Shown here piece after piece: positions 15,103 through 22,770 of a DNA stretch of 64,000 nucleotides. The notes under the pieces were generated by a model. The model was not told the origin of the DNA. It made no database searches and was given only the letters and a program-made list of their open reading frames with translations. The position numbers were made by a program, and so were the translations under genes. The stretch is taken from contig CBINOO010000002.1 in NCBI GenBank assembly GCA_966252305.1, positions 20,089-84,088 on the forward strand. Reading direction: 5' to 3'. Position 1 is the stretch's first letter. Each line of letters opens with the position of its first letter. The DNA comes from an uncultured Acidimicrobiia bacterium (lineage in GTDB: Bacteria > Acidobacteriota > Vicinamibacteria > Vicinamibacterales > SCN-69-37).

Positions 15103-16971
15103 ATGATGAGAATACGAACAGTGCTGGTCGGAGCGGCGGCAGTCGCTCTTGTGTCGTTCCTGATCGTGTCGCCAGGGTGCGGCAGCGTGGAGCCGACGGT
15201 CTCGGCCAATCTCGCTGAGCGCTCGTTCGTGGCGCCGGGCGATCTCGACGAGTACTACCTCTTCTACTCAGGCGGCCATTCCGGTCAGGTCTATGTTGCG
15301 GGCTTGCCGTCGATGCGCCACATCTCGACGATCCCCGTATTTGCGCCATACCCGGCCACCGGGTACGGCTTCGACGAAGAAAGCCGGCAGATGCTCGGCG
15401 ACTTCCGCTGGGGTGATGTGCACCACCCGGCGTTGTCACAGACAGACGGCAAGTACGACGGCCGCTGGCTCTTCGTCAACGACAACGCCAACTCGCGTGT
15501 CGCCCGGGTAGACCTCCGCGATTTCAAGACCAAACAGATCTTCGGACCGATCCCCAACTCCGCCGGCACCCACGGGTCGTCGTTCGTGACCGAAAACTCC
15601 GAATACGTCCTCGTCGCCACCCGTTTCTCGATTCCCCTGCCGAAGGGCCGCTACGCACCGACGACAAGTTATCAGCAGGAGTACAGCGGGATGGTCAGTG
15701 GCCTGGCCGTCGATCCGAAGACGGGTTCGTTGTCGGTGGGCTGGCAGATCAAAACGCCGCCGTTCAACTGGGATCTCGGATCAACAGGCAAGGGGCCAAG
15801 TTCCGGCTGGGCGTTCTGGACTTCCTACAACACGGAAATGGCGCACGAGAAGCTGGAAGCGACATCGACCCAGGGCGAACGCGACCTTGCGGCGTTCGTG
15901 AACTGGCGCGCGGCTGCACAGGCAGTGCAGGAAGGCAAGGCGACGATGGTCGACGGCGTGCCGATGATTGATCCCGCCGCCGTTCCCGGCCTGATGTACT
16001 TCGTGCCCGTGCCGAAGTCACCACACGGCATCGACACCGATCCGACCGGTCGCTGGATTTCCACGGGCGGCAAGCTGGCACCGGTGGTCACGGTCTTCGA
16101 CTTCGAGAAGGTGAAGGCGGCCATCGACAAGCGCGACTTCGACGGCGAAATGCGCGGCGTGCCAATTCTCCGCTACGAGTCGATCGTCGAAGGCGAGGTT
16201 CCCGTGGGGCTCGGCCCGCTCCACACGCAGTACGACGGCAAGGGCAACGCCTACACCTCCCTGTTCATTGAATCGGTCGTGACGAAGTTCCGTCTCCCAC
16301 CGTGGACGCCGGAGGAGAAGGCCGACCTGAACAAGGTCGTGGTCGAGAAAATTCCTGTCCATCTGAGCATCGGCCATCTGGTCGTGGGTGGCAGCGACAC
16401 CCGTGAGCCGTACGGCAAGTACCTGGTCGCCATGAACAAGTTGTCGAAGGGACGGCATGTCAGCGTCGGACCGTCGCAGCCCGAGTCGAGCCAGCTCATC
16501 GACATCTCCGGCGAGAAGATGGTGATGCTGGCGGAGGCCTACACCGAACCGGAGCCGCACTTCGCGCAGATCCTGAAGGCCGACCTGATTCAGCCGATCG
16601 AGGTGTACCCGAGGGCCGAGAACACGCACCCGAACGCCATCTGGGACGAGTCGCAGGCGTCGGTCACGCGCAACGGCAACAAGGTGGAAGTGAAGATGAT
16701 CGGGATCCGCAGCCGCTTCATTCCAGACACGATTGATGTGCGCCAGGGCGACGAGGTCACGATCCACGTGACCAACATCGAGCAGACGACCGACATGCTG
16801 CACGGGCTCGGCATCACGGGCTACGACATCAACGTCGTCATCGACCCCGGGGAAACCAAGACCGTGAAGTTCATCGCCGACAAACCCGGCGTCTTCCCCT
16901 TCTATTGCACCAACTTCTGTTCGGCGCTGCATCAGGAGATGCAGGGCTATCTCGGCGTGCGGCCTCGGTAA
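15103..16971 (+). CDS. nosZ: Nitrous-oxide reductase NosZ, Sec-type (clade II-like)
   Basis: C-terminal CuA motif CTNFCSALHQEM (C-x3-C-x3-H-x2-M). GDVHHP His motif in the propeller part. N-terminus MMRIRTVLVGAAAVALV lacks a twin-arginine. GGAGG at 15096-15100. Confidence 0.95.
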   Translation: MMRIRTVLVGAAAVALVSFLIVSPGCGSVEPTVSANLAERSFVAPGDLDEYYLFYSGGHSGQVYVAGLPSMRHISTIPVFAPYPATGYGFDEESRQMLGDFRWGDVHHPALSQTDGKYDGRWLFVNDNANSRVARVDLRDFKTKQIFGPIPNSAGTHGSSFVTENSEYVLVATRFSIPLPKGRYAPTTSYQQEYSGMVSGLAVDPKTGSLSVGWQIKTPPFNWDLGSTGKGPSSGWAFWTSYNTEMAHEKLEATSTQGERDLAAFVNWRAAAQAVQEGKATMVDGVPMIDPAAVPGLMYFVPVPKSPHGIDTDPTGRWISTGGKLAPVVTVFDFEKVKAAIDKRDFDGEMRGVPILRYESIVEGEVPVGLGPLHTQYDGKGNAYTSLFIESVVTKFRLPPWTPEEKADLNKVVVEKIPVHLSIGHLVVGGSDTREPYGKYLVAMNKLSKGRHVSVGPSQPESSQLIDISGEKMVMLAEAYTEPEPHFAQILKADLIQPIEVYPRAENTHPNAIWDESQASVTRNGNKVEVKMIGIRSRFIPDTIDVRQGDEVTIHVTNIEQTTDMLHGLGITGYDINVVIDPGETKTVKFIADKPGVFPFYCTNFCSALHQEMQGYLGVRPR

Positions 16972-16995
16972 CCGCTGACGCCAACGGAGACACCC

Positions 16996-17610
16996 ATGAC
17001 CCGCGAGGCCACAGTTCATGCCTTCCTGCAGCGGCCGCTGACGACGGCCTCGCGGGTCTTGTTGCTGGCCGGCATCGGTTTTCTCATCGCCGGTGCGTTG
17101 CTGCCGCTGTGGCGCATCCATCTGGTTGCGCCTCAGTACCGCGAAGGCCTGTCGATCGACATGTACGCCTACAAGCTTGTGGGCGGCAACGGTGGGCAGG
17201 ACCTCGCGGAAATCAACACACTGAACCACTACATCGGCATGCACGGTATCGAACCGTCCGATTTCGTCGAGATGAAGTGGATTCCCTTTGCCATCGGCGT
17301 GTTCGTGCTGGTCACGATGCGAGCCATCGTCATTGGTCGCGTTGGCAGTCTGGTGGACCTGGCCGTGATGTTCCTGTACTTCGGCGCGTTTTCATTCGCC
17401 AGCTTCGGCTACCGGCTCTATTCGTATGGCCACCACCTCGATCCGAAGGCGCCGATGGCGGTCGAGCCCTTCATGCCAATCCTGATAGGGCGACAGCAGA
17501 TCGCGAACTTCGTGCAGACGAGTCTCCCGCTGGCGGGGACGTTCTGCATGGCCGTGTTTCTGGGCCTCGTGTTCGCCGCGATCTGGCGCGCGCACTCGTC
17601 GGAGGTGTGA
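16996..17610 (+). CDS. Four-TM membrane protein of the kind found only in clade II nos clusters (NosB-like)
   Basis: 204 aa with 4 hydrophobic helices. Position between nosZ and nosD. The assignment is by context and from memory of nosB, not by motif. Confidence 0.6.
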   Translation: MTREATVHAFLQRPLTTASRVLLLAGIGFLIAGALLPLWRIHLVAPQYREGLSIDMYAYKLVGGNGGQDLAEINTLNHYIGMHGIEPSDFVEMKWIPFAIGVFVLVTMRAIVIGRVGSLVDLAVMFLYFGAFSFASFGYRLYSYGHHLDPKAPMAVEPFMPILIGRQQIANFVQTSLPLAGTFCMAVFLGLVFAAIWRAHSSEV

Positions 17611-17614
17611 CGCG

Positions 17615-18928
17615 ATGACGCGACGCGCGAGTGTGATCGCCGCGGCAGCCGCGGCGTTGTGCACGATGGTCGCGGGTGCTGGCGCCGGCAGCGCCAGCAT
17701 GGGCGATGCGGACTGGCTGCGCGCGCAGCTGGCCGATGGCGGGCCCCTGGTCATCGACGTGCCGGCCGGCGTGTATGCCGGGCCATGGGTCATCGCCAGG
17801 CCGGTTCACCTGCGTGGGCATGGCCGAGCGAGGTTGCAGGGTGACGGCAAGACGCATGTCGTGGCGATCACCGCCGCCGACGTCATTGTCGAGGGCTTTG
17901 ACATCCGCGGCTCCGGGATGGACCTGACGAAGGACCATGCGGCGATTCACATCTCCGCGCCACGGGTGACGGCGCGCAACAACGTCATCGCCGAGAGCCT
18001 GCACGGCGTGTACGTGAAGGGCGCAGACCACGTCACCATTGAGGGCAACTCCATCGAGGGGCAACAGACCACCTGGGAGGCCGTGGACCCCGACTCACTC
18101 ACCCCAGTGCCGTCTGGCGGTGAGATGTGTGAGGTGTCGCTGGATCAGAACTGGCGCGGCAACGGGATCCATCTCTGGAATTCGAGTGGGCACATGGTGC
18201 GCGGCAATCACATCAGCCACACCCGGGACGGAATCTACTTCTCCTTCGTGTCGCGGTCCAGGGTGGAGCACAACGAGATCGAGGATGCCCGGTACGGACT
18301 GCACTACATGTATTCGGACGACAACCAGTTTGAAGGCAACGTCTTCAGGAAGAGCGCTGCGGGAGCCGCGCTCATGTTTTCCAAGGGGTTGCGCCTCCGG
18401 GAGAACCGCTTCGAAGCGAATCGCAGCCAACGCGCATACGGACTGCTGTTGCAGTCGGTCGACTTTTCCACGATCGAGCGCAATCACATCGTCGGCAACA
18501 CGATGGGGATGTTTCTCGAAGGCAGCACCGGCAACCGTGTCATCGACAACAAGATTGCCGGCAACCACGTCGGCATTCGCGTCTCGGACAGCTCGGATCA
18601 GAACGTGATCGTGGGCAATGCCTTCCTGGGCAACCTCCACGGTGTCGAGACGGTCGGTCGACAGCGGACCAACAGGTGGACCGAAGACGGGCGCGGCAAC
18701 TACTGGGAGGGGGCCTTGCGCCTGGATCTCGACGCGAACGGCATTGCAGACGTTCCCCACCGGGAGCTGGATGTGCTCGGGGGCCTTCGCCGGGACCTTC
18801 CCCAGGTCGCGCTCCTGGTCGGCAGCCCTGGGGAGCGCCTGCTTCGCTTCGTGCACGCGCGCATTCCCCTCGAGCGCCGATCCGGCATCACCGATACGGC
18901 GCCACTCATGACGCGGAGTTCACGATGA
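17615..18928 (+). CDS. nosD: NosD, periplasmic copper-binding parallel beta-helix protein
   Basis: Repeated xxGNxIxxN beta-helix turns (GNSIEG, RGNHISHTRDGIYF, HNEIEDARYGLHYMYS, GNVFRKS, ENRFEAN, RNHIVGN, DNKIAGNHVGI). Confidence 0.9.
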   Translation: MTRRASVIAAAAAALCTMVAGAGAGSASMGDADWLRAQLADGGPLVIDVPAGVYAGPWVIARPVHLRGHGRARLQGDGKTHVVAITAADVIVEGFDIRGSGMDLTKDHAAIHISAPRVTARNNVIAESLHGVYVKGADHVTIEGNSIEGQQTTWEAVDPDSLTPVPSGGEMCEVSLDQNWRGNGIHLWNSSGHMVRGNHISHTRDGIYFSFVSRSRVEHNEIEDARYGLHYMYSDDNQFEGNVFRKSAAGAALMFSKGLRLRENRFEANRSQRAYGLLLQSVDFSTIERNHIVGNTMGMFLEGSTGNRVIDNKIAGNHVGIRVSDSSDQNVIVGNAFLGNLHGVETVGRQRTNRWTEDGRGNYWEGALRLDLDANGIADVPHRELDVLGGLRRDLPQVALLVGSPGERLLRFVHARIPLERRSGITDTAPLMTRSSR

Positions 18929-19587
18929 TTGCTGCTCACGGCCTTTCGAAGTCATATGGCGGCAGGCAAGTGCTGTCGGACTTGTCGTTTGAGGTCTCGC
19001 CGGGCGGCGTCACCTTGCTTGTTGGCGCCAATGGATCCGGAAAATCGACGACCATGCGCGTGCTGGCGGGCCTGGCGGAGACCAGCGCCGGCCGAGTGGC
19101 CATGGCCGGATCCGCGTCGTACCTCCCGCAGTCGCCGCGTTTTCATCCGCGTCTGACGGTGACGCAAACACTGCAGTTCTACGCATCTCTACGGGCCCTG
19201 GCGTCATCACGGCTCGACGACGTAATGCATCGTTGGGGATTGGAGTCCTGGCGTGACGTGTCGTCTGCCGCACTATCAGGAGGAGTGCGCCAGCGCCTGG
19301 CGCTCGCCGTGTTCTCGCTGCCGGACGCGGACGTGCTGCTCCTTGATGAGCCTGGACTCAGTCTCGATCCTGACTGGCGGCGTACGCTGCAGGATCAATT
19401 GCGCACCGCCGCGGCGGACGGCCGAACCGTGCTGGTCGCCACACATCTGCTGGGCGAGTGGGAGGGGCACGCAGACCGGTGTCTGTTGCTCGAGCGCGGT
19501 CGGATTACCCGCGAACTCGCGCCGCATCGCCTGCGCGACGCGTTTCCCTTCTCCGCAGGTCGCACATCACAGGTCGCTGTCTCATGA
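18925..19587 (+). CDS. nosF: NosF, ABC ATPase
   Basis: ATGA overlap with nosD. Walker A GANGSGKST, signature LSGGVRQRLALA, Walker B LLLDEP. Confidence 0.9.
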   Translation: MIAAHGLSKSYGGRQVLSDLSFEVSPGGVTLLVGANGSGKSTTMRVLAGLAETSAGRVAMAGSASYLPQSPRFHPRLTVTQTLQFYASLRALASSRLDDVMHRWGLESWRDVSSAALSGGVRQRLALAVFSLPDADVLLLDEPGLSLDPDWRRTLQDQLRTAAADGRTVLVATHLLGEWEGHADRCLLLERGRITRELAPHRLRDAFPFSAGRTSQVAVS

Positions 19588-20372
19588 CCCCTCGAACAAT
19601 CGTCATGGCCGTGTTCCATCGAGAGCTGATGGCGCAGCGCCTCAGCAGGTTCCTGCAGACGCACCTGGCGTTTGCGGTGACAGCCGGTGCACTGCCGTTG
19701 CTGGCCGACGGTCAGGTGGCGGCGTCGGCGCCGTGGTGGATGCTGCAGGCCGTGCTGTACGGGCTATCGCTGTCGTCGATGTTGCTTGGGCTCAGCTCCG
19801 CTCAGAGTGAGCGGGAGGAGTGGGCAATGATCTTCTCGCAGCCTATGGCTCGTTGGGCCTGGTTGACCGGCAAGGTCGCGGCGATTGCCGTCATTCTGAT
19901 GCCGGCGGCATTTCTGCTGGTGTTGCCGACGGCGCTGGTCTCCGGCCTCACCACGCGCCTGGCAGCGGTCATGCTCGCAGCCGGCGGTGTCACGCTGGTG
20001 ATGGCCCTGGTCGGCCTCGCCCTCGGCTGTGCCATTCGCGATGGCGTACGCGGTGTGCTCGCGTGCCTGAGCCTCTGGTTCATCCTGTTGTTTGGTGTGG
20101 ATCTGATGTCGCTCGGCGTGGCGTCACTCAGCGTGAGCCGGCAATGGCCGGCGCTGTTTGTCGCGCCGATGATGCTCAATCCGCTCGATGCGCTGCGTGT
20201 CGCGTTTCTGTTTGCGCTGGAACAGGCCGCGCCCCCGGCGCTCGACACCCAGGGACTGTCGGCGTGGTGGATGCGCCACAGTGTTGCCTGGGGAGTGACG
20301 ATCGTTCTGGTCTGGCTGTCGGTCGCGTTTGCAGGCGCGCTGGTGACCCTGCGCCGGGAGGTCGAGGCCTGA
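19584..20372 (+). CDS. nosY: NosY, ABC-2 type permease
   Basis: ATGA overlap with nosF. Six hydrophobic helices, about 262 aa. Confidence 0.8.
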   Translation: MTPRTIVMAVFHRELMAQRLSRFLQTHLAFAVTAGALPLLADGQVAASAPWWMLQAVLYGLSLSSMLLGLSSAQSEREEWAMIFSQPMARWAWLTGKVAAIAVILMPAAFLLVLPTALVSGLTTRLAAVMLAAGGVTLVMALVGLALGCAIRDGVRGVLACLSLWFILLFGVDLMSLGVASLSVSRQWPALFVAPMMLNPLDALRVAFLFALEQAAPPALDTQGLSAWWMRHSVAWGVTIVLVWLSVAFAGALVTLRREVEA

Positions 20373-20377
20373 CGGCT

Positions 20378-21073
20378 TCAGTCGCGGTCGTGTCCGCCCG
20401 CGAGCTGAGCGAGGTGCCGGGGTTGGCGGATCAGCAGTTGTTTGCGGGTGGAACGCAGCAGGCCGTCTTCCTCCCATTGCGCCAGCGTGCGGCTCGCCGT
20501 GTACAGTGTCGTTCCCGCCAGTTCCGCCAGCTCCTGGCGGGTCAATGCATGCGCGATCAGAATGCCTTCGTCTGTGGGCCGGCCGATCTGCCGGGCCAGT
20601 CGCACAAGCGTGAGTGCGAGCCGTTCGCCCACGCGCAGCGTGGTCATCTCGCGCACCCGCGTGAGCGCGTCGGTCATGTGCAGGGTCATCTCCCGCATGA
20701 TGTTCGCGCGTACCGTGGGAAACGTGTCGAGGACGTCGCGCAGGGCCCGGCTGTCCCACGCGCAGCCCTCGGTGGGTTCGATCGTGATGGCGCTGACTGG
20801 ATACGGCACGCGGTCCACCGCGACGACGCCGCCGAACACGCCGCCCGGGCCGACGTAACGCACGATCAGTTCTTCGCCGTCGCGGTTGGATTGCAGCAAC
20901 TTGAGCATGCCGCTGGTGATGGCGTAGATGGCGGTCGCGGGTTCCCCCTGGCGAGCGACCCAGTGCCCGCGCTTGAAAGAGACACGATGCCCTTTCGCGA
21001 CACAGGCGTGACGGTCAGACTCGGAGAGTCCTTCGAGCAATCGACACTCTCGCAGCTCCATCCAGACCCGCAT
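20378..21073 (-). CDS. Crp/Fnr-family transcription regulator without N-terminal Cys cluster (Dnr/NnrR-like)
   Basis: cNMP-binding-like beta-roll (RQGEPATAIYAITSGMLKL..ELIVRYVGPGGVFG) and a C-terminal HTH LTRQELAELAGTTLYTASRTLAQWEEDGLL. ATG 21061 is an alternative start. Confidence 0.85.
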   Translation of the reverse strand: MRVWMELRECRLLEGLSESDRHACVAKGHRVSFKRGHWVARQGEPATAIYAITSGMLKLLQSNRDGEELIVRYVGPGGVFGGVVAVDRVPYPVSAITIEPTEGCAWDSRALRDVLDTFPTVRANIMREMTLHMTDALTRVREMTTLRVGERLALTLVRLARQIGRPTDEGILIAHALTRQELAELAGTTLYTASRTLAQWEEDGLLRSTRKQLLIRQPRHLAQLAGGHDRD

Positions 21074-21094
21074 TGTGGCACATCGACGTTGCCC

Positions 21095-22312
21095 ATGTGG
21101 TACCTCGGCACCGCACACGCCGGCCTCGGACTCGCGCTGGCGTTGTTGATCGTGTGGCCCGAACTGCCGGGTGGGTACTTCTATCACCCCCGCATGGTGG
21201 CGCTCGTCCATCTGCTGACACTGGGGTGGCTGACCAGCTCCATCGTCGGAGCGTTCTACATCGTCGGGCCATTGGCGTTCCGGATCTCGATGGTGGTGAC
21301 TCGTCTGGATTGGTGGTTGGCGGCGGCGTTTGCCATCGGCGCATCCGGCGTGATTGCGCACGCCTGGATTGGCAGTTATGACGGCCTTGCGTGGTCGGCA
21401 CCACTGGTGCTGCTGCCTGTCCTGTGTATCGGACGTGCGGCGATTCGTGGATACGTGGCACGTCCCGCACTGCGCCCGGCGCTCCTGCACGTCGTCCTTG
21501 CGTGCGGCAACTTGCTCGCAGCAGCGGCTTACGGTGCGGTCATCGCCTGGGATCGTCGCAGGGGTGGCATTGCGATATCGCCGTTGTCAATGGCGCTGGC
21601 GCACGCGCATCTGGCCTCCATCGGATGGGTGCTGATGATGATCGTGGGGTGCGCGTACCGTCTGGTCCCGATGTTCGTGCCGTGCCGGCCCGCGCAGGGC
21701 CGCGTGCCGATTCTTGGCGCAGTGCTTCTGCAGAGCGGTGCGCTGATGCTGGCCGTCGCGCACACGGCAGGGCTATCGGTGTTGCCTGGCGCGCTCATCG
21801 CTGTCGCCGGTATCGTCGTCAGCACCGTGATGGTTCTGGGGGGCCTCCGCCATCGATTGCCACGCCCGCCGGCGCTGCCGTCGACCGACTGGTCACTGCG
21901 ACAGGTCGCCACGGCAGCGGCGTGGATGGCCGTGGCCGTGGGCTGCGGCGTATGGATCTCCGCATCGGGGATGACGAGGCCCGCGCTCGCGTGGGTGTAT
22001 GGCGTCGCCGCGTTGCTCGGAGCCTTCGGTCAGATGGTGGCAGGCATGGCTGGTCGCCTCGTGCCCATGTGGGTGTGGTTTCGCGCGCAGGCCGTGACGG
22101 GTACGGTGCCGGCGTTCAGCGCGCACGACGTACCGTCGGCCGGCTGGGCACGCACCATCTGGGTGCTGTGGCTGGCCGGGGTACCGCTACTGGCGGCCGG
22201 GCTGGCGCTTGTGGAACCCGCGATAGTGCGCCTCGGCGCCGGCGTCATGTTCGCCGCAGTCGCGGCCGGCGCGTATGACCTGCGTCGGATGATGCTGGTG
22301 GCGCGCCTATAG
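21095..22312 (+). CDS. 12-TM integral membrane protein, family not recognised (NnrS-like is only a contextual guess)
   Basis: Only the C-terminal 405 aa of ORF 19820..22312 has membrane-protein composition. Recurrent H..(L)GW....IVG..Y..VP..F motif in helices 2 and 6, with a weaker copy in helix 10. Confidence 0.7.
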   Translation: MWYLGTAHAGLGLALALLIVWPELPGGYFYHPRMVALVHLLTLGWLTSSIVGAFYIVGPLAFRISMVVTRLDWWLAAAFAIGASGVIAHAWIGSYDGLAWSAPLVLLPVLCIGRAAIRGYVARPALRPALLHVVLACGNLLAAAAYGAVIAWDRRRGGIAISPLSMALAHAHLASIGWVLMMIVGCAYRLVPMFVPCRPAQGRVPILGAVLLQSGALMLAVAHTAGLSVLPGALIAVAGIVVSTVMVLGGLRHRLPRPPALPSTDWSLRQVATAAAWMAVAVGCGVWISASGMTRPALAWVYGVAALLGAFGQMVAGMAGRLVPMWVWFRAQAVTGTVPAFSAHDVPSAGWARTIWVLWLAGVPLLAAGLALVEPAIVRLGAGVMFAAVAAGAYDLRRMMLVARL

Positions 22313-22421
22313 TTGACCCATGTCCTGGCCCTCAACGATTGCGCTGGTAGTTGGCCAGCTCACTACCGCCGGCCGCCTTCCAGCGCTCGATGAACGCGCG
22401 TCTGGGGACACGGACGAGTGA

Positions 22422-22520
22422 TTACACGTCCTCGACCGCCAGGAGCTTCAGGGACGATACTTTGGTGATCTGCACGAAGTCGTCGTCCATCGAAAGAAGC
22501 TGATGCCATCCGGCCGACGT
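22422..22520 (-). pseudogene. vapC: 3' remnant of a PIN-domain vapC toxin gene
   Basis: Own translation of a third minus-strand frame gives ..GWHQLLSMDDDFVQITKVSSLKLLAVEDV*, a PIN C-terminal (l)L(s/t).D.DF motif. No upstream PIN sequence remains. Confidence 0.55.
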
Positions 22521-22705
22521 TCCTTCTTGTAGTCGAAGGCCGGGTCATAGTCGACGGCGCCAAACATCGTAACGAGGTCCCGGCGCTGCCGGCGTTGGAT
22601 AAACTCCTGGAGCGCATCGTTCACGGTCTGTCGCTTCGTCTTGCGGCCGCCGATTCGCTGGGCCTCCTCGAGCAGCCGATCGTCAATCGCCAGGTTCGTG
22701 GGCAT
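22448..22705 (-). CDS. vapB: VapB-family antitoxin, now without a cognate toxin; 3' end altered by deletion
   Basis: MPTNLAIDDRLLEEAQRIGGRKTKRQTVNDALQEFIQRRQRRDLVTMFGAVDYDPAFDYKKERR is a complete VapB-like sequence. The ORF then runs about 20 extra codons into the vapC remnant. Confidence 0.75.
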   Translation of the reverse strand: MPTNLAIDDRLLEEAQRIGGRKTKRQTVNDALQEFIQRRQRRDLVTMFGAVDYDPAFDYKKERRPDGISFFRWTTTSCRSPKYRP

Positions 22706-22713
22706 ACACATCT

Positions 22714-22719
22714 AGCCTA
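22714..22719 (-). promoter_or_regulatory. -10-like TAGGCT, 8 nt before ATG 22705
   Basis: Minus strand: gtgTAGGCTagatgtgtATG. Confidence 0.4.
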
Positions 22720-22735
22720 CACACTGAGAGTGTGT
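22719..22735. promoter_or_regulatory. Inverted repeat ACACACT-GAG-AGTGTGT abutting the -10 of the orphan vapB (candidate operator)
   Basis: 7-bp perfect arms lying 14 nt upstream of ATG 22705. Confidence 0.45.
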
Positions 22736-22770
22736 GGGTCAACGCATCGCACGAAGCGCCGATCACCGCC

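Noticed and set aside
16018-17244. 408-aa minus-strand ORF across the nosZ 3' end and the NosB-like gene.
   Set aside because: It is antisense to genes with diagnostic motifs (the CuA site), and its composition is typical of an off-frame translation.
19820-21094. N-terminal 425 aa of the 830-aa plus-strand ORF 19820..22312.
   Set aside because: This part overlaps nosY in another frame and lies antisense to the Crp/Fnr gene, and it is Arg/Gly-rich. Only the part from ATG 21095 has membrane-protein character.
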